Assembly (NCBI GenBank): GCA_012295275.1
Contig: CM022667.1
Location: forward strand, 7,378,001-7,442,000
Reading direction: 5' to 3'
Length of the DNA: 64,000 nucleotides
Source of the DNA: Chrysomallon squamiferum
Lineage: Eukaryota; Animalia; Mollusca
This document shows positions 1-14,000 of the stretch, piece after piece. A program made the translations under genes and the position numbers. The notes below the pieces were generated by a model. That model ran no database searches and was not told the DNA's origin. It worked only from the letters and a program-made list of their open reading frames with translations. How positions within the stretch are numbered: the stretch's first letter is position 1; the number at the start of each line of letters is the position of its first letter.

Positions 1-420
1 GTGATCTAACGATCAGCGCACCTCGTTAGAGGAATTACAGTACTGACAAATCCACGGATCAGACGTCGAAATGATCAAACACAACATGAGATTGGTGAGG
101 ATTACAAGTGACCAGTTATAGTTCCGTCTTTGATATATATTTATTTATCACGCACTTAAATCGCAAATTAAGTTAATGTGATATATTACAAGATGACAGT
201 AAATGTCATTTTCGTCAATACTCATTGGCCTCGTAATCGCTTAAATGTATTATTCACATTTATTTGTATGAACTAAATATAAATCAGAAATAAATTATCA
301 GTTCCACTCTGGTTTTCGTTTTATCCTCTGAACGAAAAGAGAAGGTTGCTGTTTGAAACAGTACGAAAATCTGACTGTATTGTAATATTTGTTCAAAGTG
401 ATCTTTAATATTAACAAAAT

Positions 421-423
<3 letters not shown>

Positions 424-490
<67 letters not shown>
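424..490. repeat. (GA)n microsatellite
   Basis: Direct reading. Confidence 0.95.
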
Positions 491-493
<3 letters not shown>

Positions 494-1500
494 AAACCAA
501 CAGGTGTTAAACCAAGATAAATGACATTATTATAGTATTATTTTATTTAGTAATGATATTCTGTGCCTTTCAATAAACATTTGTATATTAATGGCGGCTG
601 TGAATTATAGTAAATTTTTATATATATAGAAATTATTTAATCTTCCCACAAATGAGCTATATTATTAGCTATATTATGAAGAGTCGCGAAGAAATTTGTT
701 ATGGCTGACAATGATAACCAATGTTAATCTCATTAAATTATTACTAGAGAGAAAAATTAGGAAAAAGCACGATAAAATATTTACAAAATGTTATTATTAA
801 TTTAAAATGTCTATAAATTATTAGTATTTTTTCAAAAGATTAATTCGACATCTGTTACAATCCTTTTATTATTAGTAGTAGTAGTATTAGAATTTTATAT
901 ATAACGGTTTTTCGTAAAAAAATAAAACAGTGATACTTAAGAAATAAACAGTTTACGACACGGGAAATGTGTCACATACAGATGTGTGGACAGACGGCAG
1001 CACGTTTCTATCAGCGAGAATCACCGTCACTTTGAAGTCACCTGGCGGCGTCTTTGATGTTCCAGGTGTTGTCGATCACGCGTAGACCTGGCTCCAGGAA
1101 ATTCGTGAAACGTTTCAATATAGATCTGTTTCACAGGAGACAGCAGTATCAAACATAGCTCATCTTTGATGAAAAATTCCCTTGGAAGTGGAGGAATATG
1201 AATTCTTTGAAGCACTAATTAATTGGTTGCTTCCAACGTTATCATTCCAGGATAGCGGAAAATTACTTGTCATAAAAAGCAACAACATTTACACGAAATT
1301 GCAGACAGTTACTTTTACGTATTGCTTTTATACATTAAATAGTCATTACGTATATAACGCACACAAAGAGGATTTATAATTAAAGAGATAAGTAGTTCTT
1401 TAAAAAAAAAAAAATAAAAAACTCTTCTGAACGTAATAAACTGTTAAAAACGTAATGAAAATCATTATATTTTAGTGTTGTAACTAATAATACAGAGAGG

Positions 1501-1502
<2 letters not shown>

Positions 1503-1556
<54 letters not shown>

Positions 1557-1557
1557 G
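1503..1557. repeat. (GT)n(GA)n compound microsatellite
   Basis: Direct reading. Confidence 0.95.
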
Positions 1558-4500
1558 GGTTGCTTAATTAAAGTATAATATTAAGTAATACAGATTCCAC
1601 GTAGTAAGACATACAATTTGACCGCAAAAATAAGCGAATAAACAAAACTCTAGAAATTTAATCATCTATAGAGACAGAAAATAAAATATTTAACGAGAAC
1701 TTCATTTTAATAGGAATTCTAGTTCCACAAAATAAATATTCCTCAGACAACAAAATAGTATAAAAGGTAATGTACTAGCTTTAATACAAGCAGTATAATA
1801 ACGGTTATTATGTCATTCGGAATCTTTCGAATATCGATTGGGGAAGAAAACGGGAAATCGGTTAATATATCAATGTTTCTTTTTTGTTTTTGTTGTTTTC
1901 AAAAAGAAAATATTGCTACTAAACGTTCGGATAATAATCATTTTAAACGAGTTAAAACTGAACTTGTGACTAAGCAAAGCTATACGTAACTGTTTCAACA
2001 GAGATCCGTGTAATTTCACTCTGAAAACATTCTTCTAGGGAAACTCAAATGAGAGGTAATACTGATGTGAGAAAAAGGAAAGTGTTATTTGTGTAAAATC
2101 TGACTACAAAGATATTATGTTATTAAGGCTGTTGTTCTGTTGACAAGCGTTGTTAGAGCGTATCTTTCATAGCAAACTTCAGCCTTGATTGGCTCTAAGT
2201 ATTTACAAATAGTCTGCGGTGACGCGCATTGAAATCGAACACAGGGTAACTGTATACATATATCAAACGGTGAAGAAAGGAAATTGACAGAACAGCCCAA
2301 GGAGATTTTTTTTTTTTTTTTTCGATAACGTTTTAGTCCTTTGAGCAAAGAAGGATGACTAACCCCGTAGCAGACACAATAAAAAGGTCTCTTCTAATTA
2401 TTGGATAGATCATGCCAGTATTTGTTTGATGAAATAATTTTCATGTATCTATATATAAATGTAGACAGCGAAACGACTTGGGCAGAATTAAACTCACATA
2501 AATGTGCAAGCATAAACCCCTTTTGAACTTGATCGATTGAAGAAATGGACATTAAAAAGCTGCAAGATGAAAGAGAATGTGGTCTTTGATCATGAGTCTG
2601 GTTCAAAGAAAAAATCACCAAATTTACAAAGACTGTATAAAGACGAGATTTATTTCTGCTGGTAATTAATCAATCCATTGTGGTTCGCAGCGGTTCATTT
2701 CGGTCGATAGGTCCTGTCGTCAGTAAAACGCCCCCTGTGATGTCCCGTGTTTGAAACAAGGAGCGCGCGCGAAGCACGCGCTATTGTTTATCTTTGATCT
2801 TGTCGTCATGACTGTGTGTGTTTATCGTTGGTACTGCACGAGACCTCCGCGGCACCGATAGCATGGCAGACATTAACTAAGTTTGGGAAAGACGCAAACG
2901 AAATATTTTGATAAATTAACTGAATGTTGAACAAAGTCGAGCAAAAACACATCAGACGTTTAAAAGAATCATACTCGACTGTCTGTTTTGATTGTATTTT
3001 TTAAATTGTAATGTAATTTAACGACTAAAAAATGAAATCTAGTCATGTGAGTACTGTCTTAAATTTAATTTTACAACATACATTAAAATACATTCCCACT
3101 TAAATAAAATTATGAGCTTAGATTGTAAATATTGCATTAATTACTACTTTCTGTAGATGTAAATGTGATGGGGACGTGAATGAACAGACAAATTTAGTTT
3201 GTGATTATCACGTTGACAGACTTACCGTGACTAAAACATACTTCTGTCATCTAACACTTTGTAATTTGATTTAAATTTCACAAAGTAAAAACTGTCTGCG
3301 ACCGGAAGTCTTAAGTACGAGTGATACGTACTCTGCATACTTCAAAGCTTTGTTCTGTTAATTTTTATTTATTTATTTATTTATTTATTTTCTGTAGTTG
3401 TGTTTGTTGTTTTATTTTTTGTTTAAATCTTCATTAGTATCAAAGTATGAGAAAAACGAGTGCAGACTAAAAATATTATTTATTTATTTCTCTTTCACTC
3501 CGATGCCAGTCAATCCACGAATCCAGAACGACGGCGTTCAACCTTTTCTAACAGATTATTTTGTCAAACTTGTTTATAAACAAAACAATAATATAAAAAG
3601 TTTGAAGTAGAATCACGTTTATTCGAGCTATTTATATATACTGCCACACGTACACCAATCCTGTTAGCTTTTATTATAAAAATGATCATTTATTTGAGAA
3701 AGATTTTCTTTCAAGACCATTTTGCACAAGACTACTGAAATAAGGATTTGTGGTGTCTAAGTCCTGCATATCAAGACAATAATGTGAATAAAAACATTAA
3801 CAACGATGCTACATAATTAATGTCAAACCATAAACTTCCTTTCAGTGTGGCTGATGGAAGAAAACGGACATCAGGAAGCTTGAAGATGAAAGAAAAAAGT
3901 TCAATCAAAAAGAAAATAATGAATAAATAAAACATTCTTTAAATAAACTTGTTTTCTGATGTTTTTCTTATACAATCTTTATAAGAAAACTGGCTGTTTA
4001 CACACCAGAATTATGTCTTATTTTCAGTAATAATAATAATAATAAATAATAATAATAATAATAATAATAAAAGAGAAAAATCAAAGTGTCTATCAAAGCA
4101 ATTATATTTTCTTTTTTCAAACGGTGCCTTTCTACAAAACTTTCATAATTTTCTTCAGATATTTTTTCTTCTTCTTTTGATGGCTGCTTCAAACGTTTTC
4201 TCCGTCCATCATCATCCTTTGTGTAAAGCGCGGATAATATTTCACAGATCGCGAACGACAGATCTTATTCCGTTCAAACCCTTAAGAAGAACAACGTACG
4301 CTGCTTTTTAATCTTACGCTTAATTTCTCACAAAATCATATCAATAACATCACTATTCTGATAACATGACTGAACATTTTGACTTTCGCTTTTGTCTCTT
4401 TATCTACGGCACTCTTAACAAGAACAAATGTGTTTACAGCATTGATCTTTCGTGAAATAGCAAGCTCTTTAATAAGTGAGAGAGAAAAAACTTCACTCGT

Positions 4501-4629
4501 TGTCTCCCTTAGATATAAAGAGTGACGGGGGGGAAAAAAAAAAAAAGGTAAAAATGTTTTGTAAAAAAGAAAAAAGTCAGACAAAAGAAATAAAAAGTGA
4601 AAGTAAGATTTTAATCAGAAAAATGAGTT

Positions 4630-6766
4630 TGTGGAAACAACCTGTGTTTGGAGATAACGTGTGTTTGGAGATAACGTGTGTTTGGAAACAACCTGTGTTT
4701 GGAGATAACGTGTGTTTGGAGATAACGTGTGTTTGGAGATAACGTGTGTTTGGAAACAACCTGTGTTTGGAGATAACGTGTGTTTGGAAACAACCTGTGT
4801 TTGGAGATAACGTGTGTTTGGAGATAACCTGTGTTTGGAGATAACGTGTGTTTGGAGATAACCTGTGTTTGGAGATAACGTGTGTTTGGAGATAACGTGT
4901 GTTTGGAGATAACGTGTGTGTAGAGATAACGTGTGTGTAGAGATAACCTGTGTTTGGAGATAACGTGTGTTTGGAGATAACCTGTGTTTGGAGATAACAT
5001 GTGTTTGGAGATGTAGAGATGTTTGGAGATAACGTGTGTTTGGAGATAACGTGTGTGTGTGGAGATAACCTGTGTGTAGAGATAACGTGTGTGTAGAGAT
5101 AACGTGTGTTTGGAGATAACTGTGTGTTTGTGGAGATAACCTGTGTGTAGAGATAAGAGATAACCTGTGTTTGGAGATAACGTGTGTTTGGAGATAACCT
5201 GTGTGTAGAGATAACCTGTGTGTAGAGATAACGTGTGTGTGGAGATAACCTGTGTGTTTGGAGATAACCTGTGTGTGTAGAGATAACGTGTGTTTGGAGA
5301 TAACGTGTGTTTGGAGATAACGTGTGTGTAGAGATAACGTGTGTTTGGAGATAACGTGTGTTTGGAGATAACGTGTGTTTGGAGATAACGTGTGTGTAGA
5401 GATAACGTGTGTTTGGAGATAACGTGTGTTTGGAGATAACGTGTGTTTGGAGATAACTGTGTGTGTGTTTGGAGATAACGTGTGTTTGGAGATAACGTGT
5501 GTGTAGAGATAACGTGTGTTTGGAGATAACGTGTGTTTGGAGATAACGTGTGTTTGGAGATAACGTGTGTGTAGAGATAACCTGTGTTTGGAGATAACGT
5601 GTGTTTGGAGATAACGTGTGTTTGGAAACAACCTGTGTTTGGAGATAACGTGTGTTTGGAAACAACCTGTGTTTGGAGATAACGTGTGAGATTTGGAGAT
5701 AACCTGTGTGTGATTTTGAGAAAACGTGTGTTTGGAGATAACGTGTGTTTGGAGATAACGTGTGTGTAGAGATAACGTGTGTGTAGAGATAACGTGTGTG
5801 TAGAGATAACTGTGTGTAGAGATAACGTGTGTGTAGAGATAACCTGTGTTTAGAGATAACCTGTGTTTGGAGATAACCTGTGTGTAGAGATAACCTGTGT
5901 GTAGAGATAACCTGTGTGTAGAGATAACCTGTGTTTGGAGATAACGTGTGTTTGGAGATAACGTGTGTGTAGAGATAACCTGTGTGTAGAGATAACGTGT
6001 GTGTAGAGATAACGTGTGTGTAGAGATAACGTGTGTTTGGAGATAACGTGTGTGTTTGTGAGATAACCTGTGTTTGGAGATAACTGTGTTTTGGAGATGT
6101 GTTTGGAGATAACGTGTGTTTGGAGATAACGTGTGTGTAGAGATAACCTGTGTGTAGAGATAACGTGTGTGTAGAGATAACGTGTGTTTGGAGATAACCT
6201 GTGTGTAGAGATAACCTGTGTTTGGAGATAACGTGTGTTTGGAGATAACGTGTGTTTGGAGATAACGTGTGTGTAGAGATAACGTGTGTTTGGAGATAAC
6301 GTGTGTTTGGAGATAACGTGTGTGTAGAGATAACGTGTGTTTGGAGATAACATGTGTGTAGAGATAACCTGTGTGTAGAGATAACGTGTGTTTGGAGATA
6401 ACCTGTGTGTAGAGATAACGTGTGTGTAGAGATAACGTGTGTGTAGAGATAACCTGTGTGTAGAGATAACCTGTGTGTAGAGATAACGTGTGTTTGTAGA
6501 GATAACGTGTGTTTGGAGATAACGTGTGTGTAGAGATAACGTGTGTGTAGAGATAACCTGTGTGTAGAGATAACCTGTGTGTAGAGATAACGTGTGTGTA
6601 GAGATAACCTGTGTGTAGAGATAACGTGTGTGTAGAGATAACGTGTGTGTAGAGATAACGTGTGTTTGGAGATAACGTGTGTGTAGAGATAACCTGTGTG
6701 TAGAGATAACGTGTGTGTAGAGATAACGTGTGTGTAGAGATAACGTGTGTTTGGAGATAACCTGTA
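4630..6766. repeat. 17-bp minisatellite (GTGTTTGGAGATAACGT / GTGTGTAGAGATAACCT), roughly 125 copies
   Basis: Direct reading. It produces the spurious 750/368/338-aa ORFs. Confidence 0.97.
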
Positions 6767-7091
6767 TGTAGAGGAAAGGAGGTAGTGCGGGCAGAGAAAA
6801 AAGGGTAAAAAAAATACGAGTGCAGACATAAAATAATAATATTAATAATAAATAATAATAAATAAATAAAGCAGAAAGAAAGGAAAGAAAAAAGAAGAAG
6901 GATCTTTTAAACATATAATTAATTTTGAAAATATATTTAAGTTTGTAACAACCCAAAGTTCTCTAGAAATGTAGATGATATGAACTAAAAGTTGGTCGAG
7001 GACAAAACCGCAGCCACTTTCGGAAGCTCATGGAAACTGATTTGTTTTTGTGGCAAAGTGGTTACTTCGTTTGGCTGCTATTTAATTAAAG

Positions 7092-7129
<38 letters not shown>

Positions 7130-7554
7130 CCTTAGGTGTTGGATTATGATAACATAATCAGTTAAGTCCTGCTTACAAAAACAATTCATAACTGCACCTC
7201 TGTGTTGGGTGATGCCATGTATACTGTATTTTTAAATGTGATTATTGCAATATTAAACTCTGATTAATACTGTACTGTGTTAATCAAAACCAAGAGGTTG
7301 ATTGATGTTATATATGTATGTAGCAATATCGCATGAATAAACTGTATTTTCAAACGTATTTTTAAGGCTTTTTACTAACTATACACAAAAATTAATAAGG
7401 TGCCATTATTTCTCATGCCGGCGGATTAGTCGTCCAGCATAGTGTGAGGGCGAGTGACAGCAAAACTCAGTACAACTGTATCACGTGCCACATTCCAGCG
7501 TTATACCCGGTTCCACATTCAGTTTGCCCACACCTCGCCGTTACTGGCGTTAAC

Positions 7555-7644
7555 GTGTGTGTGTGTGTGTGTGTGTGTGCGTGTGTGTGTGTGTCTGTCT
7601 GTATGTGTGTGTGTGTGTGTGTGTGTGTGCGTGCGTGTGTGTGT

Positions 7645-7678
<34 letters not shown>
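7555..7678. repeat. Imperfect (GT)n microsatellite
   Basis: Direct reading. Confidence 0.95.
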
Positions 7679-7683
<5 letters not shown>

Positions 7684-8964
7684 GAATAAATTCATACTGT
7701 ATATAGAGTACATGCATTTGTGACAAATACAGACAGAGACCCAGAGAGAAATAAGTACTGACATATGAGACAGATAATGGATAAATGAAAGAAAACAAAG
7801 GGATCTGACTAATGAAAGTAGACAGGCTTTTTCTAATCAGAAAATTTACTTTTTCTGTTACGTGCAGTGTTGACAACTGCACGATGGAAAAAAAGCAAAA
7901 ATCGTCTTCTTGTAATTGTCTACAAATCACAACTCCATCTCTTAATTAACCACTTTTATTCGCTGCTTTTGTTTCGTTATCGCGACGAAATTTAAAGCTT
8001 CCTGTCTGCATTGATTGACATCCATCAAAGAACTAACTTCTTTTGATCCCTTTGATAAATATATACTTCAAAGGCTTTGTTAACGAACTTAGGAAATTAG
8101 TGTCGTTTTCAACTGAATTTACCCGTTTCAACACCATACAAGATAAAATGAACTGGGATCGTCTGATTTTCTATTTTTTATTTTACGACATATTGGAAAC
8201 TAATTTAAATGTCGCGTCTGTTTTATTTCAGTGTGTTTTGAGAGTGCGTGTCTGAACGTCTGTCTTACTGTGAGTATGTCACAGAAGGTCGAGATTAATT
8301 AAAATATATTAACTAGACAGTGAAACTAGTAATATTATTATTTGCGTTGTTCTACTTCATTTTTTTATTTATTATTATTATTTTTTTTTTTTTTTTTTTG
8401 AGAACCATAACTCACTACTCGATTTTTTGTTTTTATGTTTTTTTATTTATTCTCTTGTCTTTGTGATAAAACACATTGCTTAGTCTCGATAATGACTGCT
8501 TGTGACACAGGCATCCACGCCTACTTGCTTCTTTTAAAATAAAACTAACTCGGATATTAAAGCTGATTATCAAACACGTGTATACAACACAGACAATTAC
8601 TTAACAACGAAAGGCCTGCAGTGGTCATATTTTTTAACTCCTAAATTGATGACAATATGTTGTTGTTTCGTTTTATTTATTTATTTATATCTTTTAATGA
8701 TAATAAAATTAAAAAATTAAATTTTCTCATCTGATTGTTAGAAATGTTTTACTAGGAATGTTACCATTAGACAATATTTTAGTTGTAACTGTGTCCAACA
8801 GCAAAAGAAACAAAACAAACAACAACAAATAAATAAAGTAAGAAAGAAAAAGAAAATATTAAGAAAATAAAAGAAAAGAAACTAAAAGTTATAATTATCA
8901 TAATGCTTAAAATGCTTAAAATGGATATATAACACATACACTCACATAAATACTCACACACACA

Positions 8965-9021
8965 CAGAGTCACACACACACAGTCACACTGTTTCAGTCT
9001 GTGGATGTGACCTCACACACA

Positions 9022-9081
<60 letters not shown>

Positions 9082-9224
9082 CACACTGTTTCAGTCTGTG
9101 GATGTGACTTCACACACACACACACACACAGTCACACACACACACAGTCACACTGTTTCAGTCTGTGGATGTGACCTCACACACACACACACACACAGTC
9201 ACACTGTTTCAGTTTGTGGATGTG

Positions 9225-9270
<46 letters not shown>

Positions 9271-9295
9271 CACACTGTTTCAGTCTGTGGATGTG

Positions 9296-9347
<52 letters not shown>

Positions 9348-9615
9348 CACACTGTTTCAGTCTGTGGATGTGACCTCACACACACACACACACACAGTCA
9401 CACACACAGTCACACAGTAACACACACACACACACACAGTCACACTGTTTCAGTCTGTGGATGTGAGCTCACACACACACACACACTCACACACACAGTT
9501 GTTTGTTTCAGTCTGTGGATGTGACCTCACACACACACACACACACACACAGTCACACACACACACACTTCACACACACACACACAGTCACACTGTTTCA
9601 GTCTGTGGATGTGAC

Positions 9616-9649
<34 letters not shown>

Positions 9650-10043
9650 CAGTCACACACGTCACACACACACACAGTCACACTGTTTCAGTCTGTTGAT
9701 GTGACCTCACACACACACACACACACACAGTCACACAATACAGTCACACACACAGTCACACAGTCACACTGTTTCAGTCTGTTGATGTGACCTCACACAC
9801 ACACACACACACAGTCACACTGTTTCAGTCTGTGGATGTGACCTCACACACACACACACACACACACAGTTTCAGTCTGTTGATGTGACCTCACACACAC
9901 ACACACACACAGTCACACTGTTTCAGTCTGTTGATGTGACCACTGTTTCAGTTTGTGGATGTCACACACACACACACACACACACACACAGTCTGTGGAT
10001 GTGACACACACACACAGTCACACTGTTTCAGTCTGTGGATGTG

Positions 10044-10079
<36 letters not shown>

Positions 10080-10131
10080 CACACACACACAGTCACACTG
10101 TTTCAGTCTGTGGATGTGACCACTGTTTCAG

Positions 10132-10205
<74 letters not shown>

Positions 10206-10227
10206 TTTCAGTCTGTGGATGTGACCT

Positions 10228-10258
<31 letters not shown>

Positions 10259-10365
10259 ACACACACTCACACACACACAGTCACACAGTCACACTGTTTC
10301 AGTCTGTGGATGTGACACACACACACGCACACACACACAGTCACACTGTTTCAGTCTGTGGATGT

Positions 10366-10401
<36 letters not shown>

Positions 10402-10575
10402 CACACTGTTTCAGTCTGTGGATGTGACCTCACACAGTCACACACACACACACAGTCACACTTTCAGTCTGTGAATGTGACCTCACACACACACAGTCAC
10501 ACTTTCAGTCTGTGAATGTGATCTCACACACACACACACACACACACACAGTCACACTTTCAGTCTGTGGATGTG

Positions 10576-10616
<41 letters not shown>

Positions 10617-10772
10617 TCAGTCTGTGGATGTGACCTCACACACACAAACACAAACACACACACACAGTCACACACACACAGTCACACACACACACACACA
10701 CACACACAGTCACACTTTCAGTCTGTGGATGTGACCTCACACACACAAACACAAACACACACACAGTCACAG

Positions 10773-10819
<47 letters not shown>

Positions 10820-10855
10820 CACACTGTTTCAGTCTGTGGATGTGACCTCACACAA
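8965..10855. repeat. Compound satellite: CAGTCACACTGTTTCAGTCTGTGGATGTGACCT core separated by variable (CA)n
   Basis: About 30 cores visible with variable CA spacers. Confidence 0.95.
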
Positions 10856-10970
10856 CTGTGTCACTGTACAAGAGGAGAAACCAGCTGTCACCTGCAACAG
10901 ATGTTCTTTTATTTGTTCCAACCCGACTATTCAAACATTTTTATTTATTTTTAAAACTACTGTGGCAGTC

Positions 10971-11010
<40 letters not shown>

Positions 11011-14000
11011 TTAACAAAGGATTAATAATAATAAATAGAAAATTATGGAATTATTCTCTCTAAAAAAAACCCTCATGACATTGTGTTTAGAATGTTCTCA
11101 ATATTAAATTATGTGTAAAACAAGATTTAAAAAGTTGTTTAACTGGCAAGAAACTGACTTTGTGAAAGTAAGTTTATTTATCACTTTACTTCAGTAACAT
11201 TTTAACATTTGTATGCTCTGTACCACTCTGACATTTCAGTTTTAACAAATTATAACTTGTGATTAATATAAATTTTATTTCATATTTCTGCTAATTCAAC
11301 CATTATGGCATGCATGGGAAAAAAAATAAATAAAAATGTATGACCTTGAGAATGAAAATGAATTATTGCAAGAGTAAGCTAATAAAATGATTATCAAGGT
11401 GTGAGAAATTGTTTATTTTTTATTATCATGTACAAAACAGGTTTAAACTGATACAAGTGAAGTGTTTGTATTGTCTCTGTTGTGATTCATTACTCAAGTC
11501 TGCATCACGGATGTTGGTGTTTTAGTGGAGTCTGTTGTACTGTATAAAAATTACTCAGCTGTAATCATTATTAGTCATGTTGTAAATTTGGACAGATGTT
11601 CCTTCTCATGTGTGACATATAAAACTCAGTAATAGTTCTTACTTCTTATGACTCACAACTGACTTAAACGTTACTAAGTAATAAAAACAAACATTGATAG
11701 TGCTGGTCCCAGTTTTAAATCACTGATATCTACATACAGTTTTATTTACAAAAATACAAAAATCATACTAAACGTGAGACAAAGGTGAAAATATTTTGAC
11801 ATGGTTTGCTCATCTTGATATTTTTAACATTTTCAAAAATACATCTTTGTATTATAAGCAAACTACAAATTACTTCGTTATTATATCCACTACTTTGATA
11901 TTCTCTGTTTTAACTCGTCCACTAATTATAATAAACTGTATAGTATTATCTTACATCCAAACTACAGATTTACCACACTGAGCTGTTTATTTAAAACATA
12001 GTAAATCTGTGTAAACATTCATTTGTCTTTATCCAAAGATTTTTTGTTATTTACAGTTCTACATCTTTACTATAAACATGAAGATAATGTATAATTTAAA
12101 AGATAAACAAAACTTGTTTTTATTCACAGAACAGAAAAATTACTTAAGTTATTCTGTTTGTTAACTAAATTTATAAACTGTGTGAATTTTAGACTTGGTA
12201 AATACAAGTACATTCATTATTTTGAGTATATGTTTATAATGAATAAATCAATTAAAATGGGAAGAACTCTGTAGTAACAATAAACTGGTTAGCTGTCTCA
12301 GAGTGGTTACTGGTGTTGAAGAGATCTCACAATATACACAGCTTGTAAAAATACAAAAATAATAGAAGTTCAAACAATAAATATGACTTGTGATATACTG
12401 CTACATGATCTACTCTCTGTAAACACAGCTTTGCATAACTTTGTATTATAGCACTAATCATGGTCAATTGTTTCTTATACAGTAATATTAAAAAGGCAGC
12501 AGCTTGTGTGTTTTGTTAAGGCTTTCAAACTTTTGTCCAGCAAAATGTGACCAACTAAAATATTCTCACAAAATTTACAGATATATTTGTTTTAAACCAT
12601 ACATGAATATTTCATACAAACAAAAAAGTAATAATAATCAGAATATCAGTTTTCAACAGTTTGTCAAATCAGTTTTAAAATACTCTTCTTGTACTCGTTT
12701 TATAATTTATTTTTTATTCAAATAAGAAATTATTTACAAGTTAAAAAAAAAAAAAATCATAAATTTATGTTATGATGAGTGAAGATTTTTAGTTATCAAA
12801 CAGTCCATTTTCCCAGAAATAAAAAGCAAACATCAAAACTGAAAACACTATAAAAATCTATGTACATTTTGTTTTTTAACTTTTGGGAAGAACTTTACCA
12901 TATATAGATCTGATCTACCTGTCACTATAAACTGTAGATAACCAAATCTGGTAAGAAAGCTTGACTATGTATCGTACCAAGTTAAAAAAATTATCACATT
13001 TTAAATACAGATAGTGTTGTGATTTCTTAAATAAATAGTTCATATTTTAGAACCAGCAAAATAAAAAATAAATAAAATTTCTCATAAGATCTTTTTAAAA
13101 AGTGAAACTTCAGTGACATTTTGCATCAAATGAGAAATTATTAAACTTGGATTGAAAAAAAGTGGAAAAATTAACATCTTTGTTAGATATTAATTATGTA
13201 ATGAAGAAATACCCCAAATTTGTGTTTAACATTTCAGCTATGTTCAGGTACAATTTTTATTACACTTAACAAGTTCATGACCTTAAAGTAGGTTTGAAAA
13301 TTATTTTCTAAATATTATTTTTTTCTTTCATCCAGATAGCAACCACAGTATAAATTAACTTCTGTGAAATTTTCTATCCAATAAATTTTTCAATTTAATA
13401 TTTTCTGAACTAGATAATAACTGCATGGATGACTAATGTGAAACTGTCAATGAAATAATAATTTATAAATAATGTTTTTTAAATAATGTTTTTTTTTTTG
13501 TTGTTTTGTTTTGTGTAAAAAAAATGTTTTGGGGTTTTTTTTGTGGGTTTTTTCCAAAGAACTGAAAGGATATTCCGTAAGTTATTTCAACCCAAATTAA
13601 TTTATCTTTTTCTTGTTTTTTTGTTTTTGTTTTTGTAAATCATTCTAAAACTTTTATTAATTTGAAAATGGACTGCTTGCAATATAATTAACTTAGATAA
13701 TAACTAATAGTCATTCTACAGATTTGAAATTATCAATAAAATCAGTTTTTAAAATAATGTTGTTGCTTTTTTTCTCTTTAGAAAATCTGAAAGCTGATGT
13801 AATACATTACTTCATATACATTTTTTTATTATTTTCTTCTTTTTTTTAGAGTATTTTACTATTTTTTAATACATCCCCAAAATGGTTCTAATTAATTTGA
13901 AAAACTCAGAAACAAGGAAAATGAGGTAAAGTAGAAAGTAAATGACACAAATGATATGGTGTTTTTACAAAATATCTTGTCCTACACATCATTTTTTAAA

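Noticed and set aside
1-1380. GC-richer patches and short ORFs at the window start
   Set aside because: No recognisable protein or consistent splice pattern; they may belong to a neighbouring gene outside the window.
4577-6956. 750-, 368- and 338-aa ORFs
   Set aside because: Translations of the 17-bp minisatellite, open in several frames, with no domain content.
8965-10855. CRISPR-like repeat-spacer look and His/Thr-rich ORFs
   Set aside because: Spacers are only variable (CA)n, the context is eukaryotic and there are no cas genes.
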